NCBI GenBank assembly: GCA_043228905.1
Contig: JBHGNT010000007.1
Coordinates: 11,904,001-11,968,000 of the forward strand
Source of the DNA: Azolla caroliniana
Lineage: Eukaryota > Plantae > Polypodiophyta
Direction of reading: 5' to 3'
DNA length: 64,000 nt
In this document: positions 24,192 through 37,000 of the stretch, piece after piece
How positions within the stretch are numbered: position 1 is the stretch's first letter
Layout of the letters: every line of letters starts with the position of its first letter
Translations under genes and position numbers: made by a program
The notes under the pieces: generated by a model
Databases searched by the model: none
What the model saw: the letters and a program-made list of their open reading frames with translations, nothing else
What the model was told of the DNA's origin: nothing

Positions 24192-25986
24192 CCGGTCTGT
24201 ACCAACTCGGCTCTGTGAGTTGCATTAATGCACTGCCTATTGCTATATCTGAGGCATCCACAAAGACGTGAAACAATTTAGTCCAATCTAGTGGTTGTAC
24301 GATTGGTGCTTGGGTTAACATTATCTTGAGTGCGTCGTAAGCTTTCTCTTCTATTGCCATCCGCTTGACGGTCGTTCGATGTACGGCGACGTGTAATGGG
24401 GTCGTAAAATCTGCCAAGTACCGTAACATGTTGTTATGCCAGGGTATTTGACCCTGGAAGCGGTTGAGGGCTTTGGTATTAGTCAGAGTCTTTGCTTCAA
24501 TGATCATCGTGATTTTGTTCGGATCCACTGCTATCCCTTCCCTGCTTACGATGTGTCCGAGAAGTGCCCCACTGGTGACGCCGAATGCACATTTGGCCAA
24601 ATTAAGGCTGAGGTGTGATGTACGACAGCGCTCCAAACAAACTCGAAGATGGCCGAAATGTTCGCCTCGTGTTCCATATACCGCGAAATCGTCGAGAAAG
24701 ACTTGCATAAAGGCAAGTATGTACTCCCCAAAAATCTCTGTGATTGTTCGCTGGAACGTGGAAGGCGCCGTCTTTAGCCCAAACATCATGACCATAGCGA
24801 CAAAAACACCCCACTCCGTCACGAATGTTGTCTTCTATTGGTCGTCAGGGTGCATGCGTACCTGGTTGTATCCGCTAAAAACATCTAGAAAACTATATAT
24901 GTCATGGCCCGCGACCACGTCTAGTACTCTATCGGTGAAGGGTAAGGGGAACGCATTTGTTATCGTTACGGCGTTAAGCTTACGATAATCCACGCAAATG
25001 TGGATTTTACCATTTTTCTTTGGTAACATGACTATCAGGCTTAGCCATGTGACCTGCTTCACCGACCGAATAAACCATGCTTTTAGAAGTTTGTCAATCT
25101 CTTCTTTTACGCGAACCGCGTAATTCGGGTTCATCCGATAACAACGTTGCTGCACTGGTTTCGCGTCGGTGGACAAGTTGTTCTTGTGTTGATAGAATTT
25201 TGGATCCAACCCTTGCATGTCCTCATGTGACCATGCAAAAACATTCTTATATTCCTTGACCAGCTCAATCATTGTCATCTTCTCACTTGGGACCAAGTCC
25301 TTCACAATTGAGAGTAGTCAAGGTTCTGTCGTGGTTCCGATATTGACTTCTTCTAATGCTGAAGCGGTGACTCTCCGCAAGATTTCCATTTCTCTCTTGA
25401 ACGTTGCGCATGCTCTACTTAACTTAACTCCATTGGCGACTCCGGGTTTGGTTCGTATTCAGCTTCCTGCAGCGTATTAGGTGGGGCGTATTCCGCAAAG
25501 GTTTCTATTACATCAATTTCGAATAATGGAACGACTCGCGAGTGATCCTCTAGGTACGCCTCAAGATCTGTATCATCTACCCCTTCCAGCATATTTATAT
25601 ATTCTGCGTAAAATGGTGTTATGCCCTTGGTTAGTGCCGCCGTTTCCTGAGTGGGCACACGAACTTTGCTTCGGCCTCGCCGGAAGCTGATACAATTATG
25701 CTGTCAATTCTCTTTGATGTTGGCTGAGTGTGGCCAAGGTCTGTCGAGCAATATTGAGTATGCTCCCAAAGCGTTTAGGGCGAGTACTAATGTAGAGATG
25801 TCGAAGCGATGGCCGCTAACGACAATGCCAAATTTCCGAATTAACCCTAGGGGTCTGACAGAGTGGGTGTCCACCATGCGGAGCCAAAAAAGGCATGCTT
25901 CCCATCCTGTAATTCCTAGTCGTGCACATGTATGCGTACTGATGACATTAACACCAGATCCCCCATCAATGATACATCCCAAGATT

Positions 25987-28900
25987 TGTTACCGTATGAG
26001 ATGTACAGGTGATTGATAAGTGTGATAAGTGAGGGTGAAAGATGTAATGTGTTGATATGTATGTGTAATGTTATACGATTATGAGTGTGGGTGTGGTGGA
26101 TACAAAGAGGTGTGAGTGAGTGACTAGGTGTGAATGCCCAAGGGGACCAGCACCCCTATGTATCTACCCTTTTGTAACTATTTAACCCCTTATGGGGGAA
26201 TGAATGAATGAAAAAAAGGATCATTTCTCTCTTAATCTCTCTCTTGTCGTAACTATTTAACCCCTTATGGGGGAATGAATGAATGAAAAAAAGGATCATT
26301 TCTCTCTTAATCTCTCTCTTGTCATCTCTCTCTCCCTCTCTCCCTCTCCCTAACATTGAACCCCCTTGGGAGGGGGGTGGAGCCATTCTAGGCACCACCC
26401 CCCACCCCGCAATGCTTCTCAATGCTTGTCAACATTTTCATCATCTCTCTCACCATCATACTCTCCATCATCTTCACTATTACACCATGTCTATCTTCGT
26501 CATCGATAACCATCATTACCATTAACCCTAACCCTAAAAAGCTACAACACTTTTTGGCGACAACGGTGGGCGATCCCCTTTTGGAGATGAAGTCGAAGAC
26601 TACTACGCGGCAAAGACATGGCAACGACAAAATGTGTGAGAAATCAAATGGACGATGTGCGGGAAATGGTGATGTTGATTGGAAGTTGTCGAGGTTGAGG
26701 AATGCAACACGATGATGTTGTCCGAGACGACGTCGCAAAAGGATACGCAACAGACGTATGTTCAAGCATGCGGTTAACGACAATGTGCGTGTGCAAGAAA
26801 GCGTGGTACGAGAGACAACCAAAAAGACAAGGACGACAACAACGGTCGGAGATGGAGCCGGAACAACGGACGAGCGGCCGAAGCGGTTGGAATAGCCAAA
26901 CAATGGCCAGACGGGCTGGACAGAGAACCACCAAACGACGGCCAGAATGGGCCGAACAGTTGAAATGGTGACGGAGCCGGGACAACGATCGGACGGCGGT
27001 GGCCACATACCAATGGCTAGAGTGGTGGCCGACCAACAGCGGCCCGGTCGATCAGAGACAGCGACAGCCGCCGAATGGAGCGGCGGTCGTACAGTGGCAG
27101 CAGCAGAGCGGCAGCCGCCGGATAGCGGTTGGATCAATTTCCGGAATGTGCAAAGACACATAACAGTTAGAGTGGCCGAACGGTGAGAAAATGGAGGCGG
27201 CCAGACCGGATGGGCTAGACAAATGAACGGAGGACCAGAAAGATAGGGTCGGACATGGACAACTAGCGGCGGCAAAAAACAGCGACCGGACAGATAGCCG
27301 GAACGGCCCGAGAAGCGGCTAGACAACAACCGGAACGACGACACCATGTCGAAAAGCGACAGGAATTGTTGGACAGCCGACGGCCGGAATGGCATTGACG
27401 CTGAAACGACGGGCCAGACAACCGAACAGTGGCTGGAGGGCCAGAAAGACAATAACGACCGGATCAGACAGACGGACGGGACAGAGTCGGAGACACAGAC
27501 AGACAGTGTTGGACGAGGAAGAACTGACAGATGACAGTGACGGACAGAGACAACGACGACGGGAGACAGAGATAGAGATGCAGACGTAGACGCAGACGGG
27601 ACGACAACGACGACGTCCAGATGGCGACGGTGTAGGACACCGACAACCGGATGACAGCCGAAACGGTGACAAAGATGGACGACCGACACAGGCAACGGAC
27701 AGCGATGGCAATGGCCGGAGCGGCGACCGGATAGAGCCGGACAGTGGTCGGAGCGACCAAAATGGCCAGAAGGGCCAGAAGATAGCCAAACTAGCCAGAA
27801 TGGCAAAATAGCGTCCGAAGCGAGGGCGATGGCTGGACAACCAATGGGCGAAACGACGAGCCGGATAGTGAGGAAAAAATGGCTGAACAGCGACAGAAAT
27901 GAAGATAGAGATGACCGAATAACGTCGGCGTCGAACAATGGCCGCACAAAGACGGACGACACGACAGAGATGTGCAGACAACTAAAACAAAGAAAACACA
28001 GAAAAGAATGAAGGAGAAGAAAGCACGGAGCAGCACAAACAAAGAAGAAGAGAAAGAAAGATAGGAGAAATGGAAGAAGTCATGGAGAGACAGAGACGCG
28101 AGCACAAGAGACAGAGAAAGAAGAAGAAAGAGGAAAAAGAAAGAAGACAGACGACGAAAAGGCAGAAGATTGGAAGAAGAAGAACACATGAAGAATGAAG
28201 AAATGCTTCCCGTTGCAAGTAGAATCCAAGGAAAATTAAATAATTATAATAATCATAATCATAAAACAAAAGAGAGGGAAAAACAAAAAAAAAAAGGGGG
28301 CATGTGGAACCTTGAGGATACTAAGTGAAATTTTAAAACCTCGAGGGTATAAAATAGAATTTTAAAAATCAAAGGGCACCTACGGAATTTCGAAAACTCA
28401 TGAACCTAAAAGAAATGGACATGATCGACCATGACAACTCACACAAAATTAAAGGGAGAATACACATACACACAACGTTTTTGGACCCATGATATCAATG
28501 TTCGTGAACCGACAGAACGGGAATGTTCATGTCGATGAAGATTCGTTGACCGACAGAGATGTTCGAGTCAAGCGCTCCGATCGAGGGATTCAATCGTTGA
28601 GAGGACCGATGGAAATTCCGATCGAAGAAAGATTATGATCATGGCATGTGGGATCGACGTGCAAGGCACTCTCCCACGGGCGTGCCATATTGTGTTACCG
28701 TACGAGATGTACAGGTGATTGATAAGTGTGATAAGTGAGGGTGAAAGATGTAATGTGTTGATATGTATGTGTAATGTCATACGATTATGGGTGTGAATGT
28801 AAGTGTGAGTGTGGTGGATACAAAGAGGTGTGAGTGAGTGACTAGGTGTGAATGCCCAAGGGGACCTGCACCCCTATGTATCTACCCTTTTGTAACTATT

Positions 28901-29169
28901 TAACCCTTTCTGGGAAATGAATGAAAATAAAAGGATCATTTCTCTCTTAATCTCTCTCTTGTCATCTCTCTCTCCCTCTCTTCATTCTCCCTAATGTTGA
29001 ACCCCCTTGGGAGGGGGGTGGAGCCATTCTAGGCACCACCCCCCACCCCGCAATGCTTCTCAATGCTTGTCAACATTTTCATCATCTCTCTCACCATCAT
29101 ACTCTCCATCATCTTCATTGTTACACCATGTCTATCTTCGTCATCGATAACCATCATTACCATTAACCC
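25987..29169 (+). mobile_element. Non-autonomous LTR element (copy B, LARD/TRIM-like) with tRNA-complementary sites at both internal ends
   Basis: Direct repeats 25987-26549 and 28693-29169 (second lacks the last ~20 bp). PBS TGGCGACAACGGTGGG from 26555; tRNA-like motif 28647-28687; low-complexity non-coding interior. Inserted between gag and PR of copy C. Confidence 0.88.
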
Positions 29170-31521
29170 CTCCACAAAATTTGATGAGACATCTAATCCG
29201 GCGGTGCCCCTTATGTGATTTTCCACGACCTGCAAGAATCGTGGCACCAGTCGGAGAAGCTTTTCCATGGTCATTGTTATCTCACAGTCCGCCAATGCTT
29301 GCCATATGGGATCCGATGAGGATGTATTTTCTTTCATTGTCAAACTGTCGTTTGCATACTCGTGCTTCATATGCTCTGCGTTTGCAGCATTTTCTATGTC
29401 TACCCAGGCCTGGGCTGCCTTGCGTATCTCATCTTGTTCTACCCAATCTGCATTCTTCGCCTGTTGTTGTGTTGTGACTTGTTGGACTTCTGTCGTGATG
29501 GTAGTCACGACAACCTCCTTTCCTTTTCGACGTGGGCACTGTGTCACGTAATGAGCAGGCTGTTGACACACGAAACAGAGTACGTTAGACTCGCCTCTTT
29601 CCACTTCCAAAGGTGTATTAGTTTCCGTCGGTACTCCTTGTTCATCCCGGTTATGCTGGCGTCGCCTGTTATTCCAGGGTTGTTGATGGTATTCTTGTCG
29701 TGGCTCTTGATAGCGGTCGTCCTCTGAACTTTCGTCATAACGGCGTTGGTCCTTATGTTGTAGATTGTGTCTGTTTGGACGGCCCCCGTTGAATCCTCGG
29801 CGATTGTTTGTAGGTCGTCGATTGTCGTAACGATGCCCCCCCCCCCATTGTAACGGTTGGCACTCCAGTGTTCTTCCTCTTCCTACTCTTCTTCGTTAGA
29901 GTATAGGTCGATGTTACGGTTTTTACGATATTGGCGCTCCATTCGCTGATTCTAGTCTGTATACTGGGGACATTCCTCCTGCCATCATGAATCATTCCTT
30001 TGAGATTGCTGGTGTGGTTCCATACGTCGTACTACGGGTGTGGGCCTGTTGAACATATTATACTCGCATTGGTCCACTGTGTGTGCCCGTGAGTGGCAAA
30101 TTGGGCAATGTAGTCGCATGTTACATTCAATCGTGGAATGTCCAGAGTTTAAACAGACAGTACACTGAATGGCCTGGCGAAATCGATGTTCCTCGTCCTG
30201 AGGTAACGACTGCCATAGCGATGCCATGGACAGTCCCTCATCTTCTTCCTCTAATTCAAGTTGTAATGCTCACTTGATGACCATGTCGGTTGCCTCCCCT
30301 TTCACACTGTGCGTGTTCAGCATCGTCCGGAGAGGCCGTCTTAGAGTTGCCAATAACATTTCCTTGGCCTCTTCATCTATCGAGGCACGTGTAAGGTTCC
30401 GCCATAGACTCTCGAAATGTAGACTAAAATCAGCTACAGATTCTGTGGGAAGTTTCTTGATGGTATAGAACTGCCTAATTATTTCACGTTGTGGCACCCT
30501 CCTATGAAAAAAACGCAAGAACGCCGATTGCAGCTGGTCGAAGGTTGTGATTGCTGCCAAATCCATCTCGGAATGCCAGCACGCAGCCCGACCGTTCAAA
30601 GTTAACCCGAACTCGGCGATCTTCGAAGCGTGAGCTTCCACGTCTAGAAACCGTTGCGCCCAATGATTAGCATTCAAACATTGAGGAATAGCCGGATGTG
30701 GCTAGTAGCGTCTATTTCTCCGTTGAAGCGGGGGTATGAGAAAGCCATTCTGTACAATGTGTTGACGATCTGTAGGGGAAGACTCCTGCTTTCGCGATGT
30801 GGACTATTGTGGTGTTTAATCGTACTACCTTGGTCGTGTGGCGACAGGGCTTTCGTGGTTGACGTCATGCTGCTCTGTGAGTGTGGAGTCTACCATGTAC
30901 TCCTGAAAGGAGCAGTCGTGGTCACTGAGGCGAGGTTTTTGCGTAGCGCACTCTTCTGTCTGGCGAGTGATAAACCTTATCAGTGGTCGCTCTTGTCGGG
31001 TCAATTCTCTGGAGCGTCTACGGCTAGTCATCCATAACTTGTTGCTCATCGAGCGTGCCAAAAGTGTTACCGATTAGGAACACTATCTACTCTCAATCCT
31101 TTGAGGTAGATTCAAGGTGATTGTGGTGCAAGGAATAGATCCGTAGGTGTGCAAAGCGAAACAGGTTTACAAAGCAAAGTGTGTCGTCTAGACGTGAAGG
31201 GAGACGGCTACAATCGAATCTCACTAGTGCGTGATTTCATATACACACTTATCCTACACTTACTAGCCCACAGTTACCAACAGAGTACTACACCGACTCA
31301 ATAGACGACTTACACAGACACAGGAATCAGAGAAGATAGTAGTACTGTATTACAAAAGGTAGCTCCCTAATTACACGCTCCCCCATTACAGAGGATTTCC
31401 GCCCTTTATATACACAAGGCTTTTAGTCCATTACGCTCCTAGCGTGAACCGTTACATGCATTTCTTTAACGCTTCTAATAATATATTTTATTTGTCTAAG
31501 CATTAGGTCCGGCGGACAACA

Positions 31522-31990
31522 GTCTTGGCGTCTCGAATGTGGCGAAGCATGTGGTCGTGGACACATGTTGCCAAGAAATACATTACCCGACTCGCTCCTT
31601 GCTCCCACGTTAGGTAGGTGGCGTTTGTGATATCGGGTTTGTTTTCGAGTGCGTCGTTCATGTAGCTCCAATTCCCTTGGCCGACGAGGTATTTGTTCAT
31701 CTTGTACTCCCAAGATGAATAATTGCTCCTGTCTAGCTTTTCACTAGGGAGCGAGCTACCCATTTGTGTGTTCATGTTGATTGTAGTCTCTCGTTTTTGC
31801 TTTTCTTCCTTCAATCACGTACACGTGCTATGTAGCAGCACTACGGTAGCCGATGGCCGGATTTTGTCGCCGGTGTCTCGAACACACAATCATGGAGTCG
31901 AGTGGACTTAATGGATTCTCTGATACCCTGTTAAGAATTAGGTAATGAACTATGGGTTAATTAGTACCTAATTATGTGATTAACTACGTG
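31522..31990 (-). mobile_element. Copia 5' fragment (LTR end, mutated iMet PBS, gag N-terminus)
   Basis: MGSSLPSEKLDRSNYSSWEYKM is homologous to the gag at 10353; minus-strand CAGGGTATCAGAG at 31930-31918. Confidence 0.8.
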
Positions 31991-32205
31991 TCAGTACTTC
32001 TATCAGTCCATATGGACTTGTATAAAAGTGCTTACTGAGCACATTCTATGTACAGACTGAGTATTATCTCTCTTTGATAGAGTTGTGTGTATTGACTCTT
32101 TCTCTCTCTGTCTCTCCCGCGTATTGTGTGTGTCCAAGCTCTCCATTAAACCTGTGTTTTCCTATGTTCTGTATTCTATTGCTTCCGCACGTTGTTCTTT
32201 TCACA
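31990..32205 (+). repeat. 3' part of a Copia LTR related to 9894-10280
   Basis: GTCAGTACTTC…GGACTTGTATAAAAGTGC…GCTTCCGCACG…CA aligns by eye with 10067-10280. Confidence 0.8.
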
Positions 32206-32566
32206 GAGGACAATCGTCCTCTCACATAGACCTGACAGCTTCTGCCATATCTCAATGCATTTGAGTCATTCGTCACATGTTGAAGGACACTCATATCGAC
32301 ACACTGTCTAATGGTGGCCACCGCCGTTTTGTTCAGAAGTTTCCATTCAGACTCTAATACCCCCGTGGGTATTTCTGCTCTGTCGATGGGCTCATACAGG
32401 TCTTTAACTATGAGAAGGTCTTCCATCTTTATCTTCCAGTCTGCATAGTTCTGAGAGTTTAGAACTGTTAAGGCTTAGGTAATTAATTAAGGAATAATTA
32501 TTACCTAGTTATGTGATAAAGTTAAGTGCGGAAGATTATGTGATATGTATGTGTATATGTGTGAGA

Positions 32567-32602
<36 letters not shown>

Positions 32603-33381
32603 CACTTATCAATAACACAAGATGGGGGATGAGTAAGTATATTAACTTAGCATTATCATCATCAAATACAAAAATACCTTCAATGAGGTATATATAGGTT
32701 TCATGTGCAAGGGTGCACATGTGCTAGGAGAATATAGGTACAACGTGTAAGTCCTATATTAAATGAGCATGGAGTGGTGGATCTACAATGTATCCCACTC
32801 AAGTACAAAATCCTATTTAAGGCTTTATGGTCAACACACTAACTAGATTCTATCTAGGTAACTACTAAGTTACATGTGTTGACTAACTAACTAAACTAAG
32901 TTGAGCTTGATCTCTCAACAAGAACTATCATACCTTGGAAGCCACTCACACCTCCTTCCATCTTTCACCTACGCTCTGATACCAGTTTCATGGGATTCAT
33001 TCCTAGAGATCTGTGAAAAAGACCAACTCCGAAATACACAATAATGCGGAAACAAAAAACAACAAATAGACAAAGATATACAATGCACACAGTTTTATGT
33101 GGAAACCCTAAACGGTGAAAACCAAGGGAGCACAGATCTTCCACTATACACAAAGAGTACAAAGAATGGTTACAACTCTTCTCTTATGCTCAAAGGATAA
33201 CCACTTAGGGTTCTTGACAGGTTCGCTCAAACTCGCCACCGTTCTCTCTCACGCACTCTCTACACTCTAACAGACAACTACGCTCAGACACTCTAATCTG
33301 TATCACACTTGTTCTACTCTTCCTTCCCTAATATGTTTCCCCTAAGTGTATTTATACTTATACACAGTATGGGATATTAAC
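32206..33381 (-). mobile_element. Second Copia 5' fragment (LTR, iMet PBS, gag start) split by a solo LTR
   Basis: PBS TGGTATCAGAGC 32984-32973, ATG 32961, gag NYADWKIKMEDLLIVKDL. Outer LTR boundary approximate. Confidence 0.7.
32466..32920 (-). mobile_element. Copia solo LTR, perfect 5-bp TSD AGAAC
   Basis: TG…CA ends, TSD 32461-32465 and 32921-32925. Minus-strand start TGTTGAGAGATCAAGCTCAAC matches the other Copia LTR starts. Confidence 0.9.
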
Positions 33382-33604
33382 AAATGTAGCCACTGCTACT
33401 ATCATTCCTATTATTATACTAAATAACAATAATAGCTAATCAACCAACTAATTGACTAGTCGACTCTAGTGTTGACTATCCAGTCGACCCGACTAGTCGG
33501 CCTTGTCGTCGACCCTCCAATCGGCCCTACTAGTCAGTCTTGTCTTCGACTTGGATCGTCTACTGTCGACTAATGATGATTGGCAGCAGAATGAAGAACC
33601 TCTA

Positions 33605-34040
<436 letters not shown>

Positions 34041-37000
34041 TCATTATACACCCGTATTCGACACTCAATTGCTCTGAAGGAGCGAGTGCACTCATAAAAT
34101 TGTTGATTGAATGAAAGTGGTGACATGAAATGTGAGAGAGGAATGTTCTCCTCATAAGAAGTATATATTATGGGAAACGTTGTTGAGTAGACAATGGGAT
34201 ATATTATGTGCACTTGAGCATTATTGTAACAAGTTAGTGGAGTCCACAATTCACTTACATGGATACTCATCATTCTATGCAGGACATCTTAGTAATCATT
34301 ATTTAGGTGTGCTATCAATTGTGTGGGATAAATATTATCTTGGTTAGTTTTTTGTTATAGAAATCACTTATTTTGGCTAGGTCATGTGGTTGGTGGAATT
34401 TTATACCCCTAACCAAGTCACTCAACGTATTGCATTATGGGGTTCACGCCTTCAGTCTCTATATGTGGTTGATTTTAACATCTATCTTGATGTGATTTCA
34501 TTAGCTATGGAGGTTCTTAAGCTATATGTATGGACGTGGTTGCATGGGAATGATCCAAGTTTTACTTTCCAATTTGCTAACATATACTGACATGCAGTAG
34601 GCTAGATAGAATATATATGATGCATGATTCTTTTTTACCAACATCACTCTGTATGACAATTCTATGAGATATGGGAACTTCAGGCCACTTCCTATTTGTT
34701 TGGAGGTTTGCAATCATACATTGACATGTATAAATCCTTACTTGGAAGCCTCCCTTGGAGTTGGAAAATGTTATGGGTTCTTTGTATAATTGAGTAAGAT
34801 ATGAATAAAGGGAAAGTGGACATTGGAGAGAAAGAAGGCCCTTGTCACGACATTAGCTTCATCAACATCTTTTGACACATACTAGAGGATGTGCTTTGGT
34901 GGGGGTGGATTTTGTCATTTGGTGTGTCCAAAGTGAATGAAGCATTGCAATGACAAGTTATTTGCAATAAGTTTGGGATATTATTTGAAGTGACCACTAG
35001 AGGGAAAAGTGGGAAAATGAAGATTAGGGAGATAATCATCGAACCAACAAGCTCAAGGATTTCAAAGAAGGAAGGGGAAAGATGAGTTGCACTGAAGTGA
35101 ACGACAACATATGAACATTTTATTGGCATAATGCATCTATGCTAAAAGATTAGATCATTTTATCCAAGAATAGTGCTCCAAAAACCTATATAATGAGCAA
35201 CAAAGCTCATTGTCAAGTTTGGCAATTCAAGCACCCAAGCTTTATCAATAAACAAAATCCTAGGGAAGCAATCATGAGAACACATGCGAGGCCTACAACA
35301 ACCAGGACGACAAGTCATTGATCATATTCCCTATGTAGGAACTCATGTAATTTTGATCACTTCCCTCAAAACTTATTATAATATATGAGAATTATAATCT
35401 CCTTAGCGATTTAACCTAGATTGCCTCATTATTTTTTACCTGTAACGGAAAGAATTGTGCATTGTATGCTTGATGTGACTCTAAATAATAGGGAACCACT
35501 AATTATACAAGTTTGCAAGTGATTGCTAGAATTTGTTTCACTTCGACTGAGGAGCTTCAGGATTTCCATACGATAAGTTGATAAGATGTTGGATTCAAAT
35601 CCACACATATATACATAAATATAAATACTTACATATGCTAACCCACTTACCCCTTCACACACACGAATGCGATCATGAGCTCTCACGCCAACAAATACAT
35701 GCACATAACCGCATCAAGAACACTTCCACATTTATAAATATACGTGTAGCTTAATACTAACGCATACAAATTTGCACGTGTGCTCGTACTCAAATATTTC
35801 CATAAATGCACACACATACAAAATCACACTTATAATTATAGAAACACATGAACATTTGCACACATACACACTCGTTCCACCAATTCATTATCACATGCCC
35901 AACACTTTCACAAACACTTGCACAATCCAGCACATACAATCCAAGAGTACAAGCACATTATTTTTCACACAAAGTGTGTATCTACAAGTGGAGCTAGACA
36001 ATTCAAGATAGGAAACCTAAAATAAAAAGCAAAAGCTAGTTCCAACTCACATGTTGACTCCCACAATCCTTTAGGGACAATGCCATTAGAGCCACCTTCC
36101 CTTGTCCACATCTTGCTCTACATTTCACATGCACAACAAAACATCGTTTGTGAGAAATTACAATGGAAAATGAGTTATAAGTTTATGGAGAACTTTACCA
36201 ATTGTATAAGCTACTTCTACCATATAAAAGAAGAGTTATGCTCTAAGAGAACCACTCCAAGTTGATTTTGGTACACATTCTCATTGAATTTGTCTATCGT
36301 CAAGGTTACAACTTCACAACGAAATTATAAATATTGATGCAACATCTCTCCCCAACTTCAACTTGCTCCAACACTTTCCGAGAATCTCTCTCCAATCAAA
36401 AGCAAAACTACTTACACCTCTCTCCTTTCTACCTCTGAAAGGGCTTTCAATGAAATTGGATGCTTTCTTATGGTTTATTTTTTTATCTTTTTCTAAATTT
36501 TCTATCTTACCTTTTTTATTGTTCCTTTTTGTTTTGGGGGGGATATCAAATTAGGTTTGATTTTATTTGAGAGGCTTGATTTGTCAATGATACAATGATG
36601 AAGATTTGTGACATGGCATCCATGTGGTTGTTGACATCGCGATGCCAAAAACATTACTTGATCTATCATTTGTTAAGGGTGAATTTAGTGAGGGGGTTGC
36701 AATTTGTGAAGAAATTTATGTTCACATGTGCAAGAAGTATGTAGATGAGACAAGCAGTAATCAATTAAAGTTAATGTCAGCTTAAATCCAAATCAAATTA
36801 TTAATGTTCCAAGGTTGGTTCTAGTAGTGTATGGAAAAAAAGAGTTTCATGTGGATTTTTAGCTAAAACATGACTTCATCAATGAATGGCCAGAAAATAT
36901 ATAGGTACTATAATTAGGATGATATTGAAGCGGCAAGCCTATGATAATGTAGGGCATTACAAACAAAAAGCAACCCCCTCAATGGTTTGGTTCTAATTTA

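Larger units (their letters stand above)
22931..31521 (-). mobile_element. Athila/Tat-like Gypsy element (copy C): 5' LTR, PBS, gag, PR, RT, partial RNase H; 3'-truncated
   Basis: LTR 31521-31065 (TGTTGTCC…CGGTAACA), PBS TGGCACGCTCG at 31060-31050, gag with three CCHC knuckles, IIDGGSGVNV, CVDYRKLN/FLDD, NYSTTEREAL at the break. Confidence 0.9.

Noticed and set aside
26388-27962. 524-aa minus-strand ORF
   Set aside because: Low-complexity S/V/P/R product of a compositionally biased strand that lacks stops; no recognisable domain.
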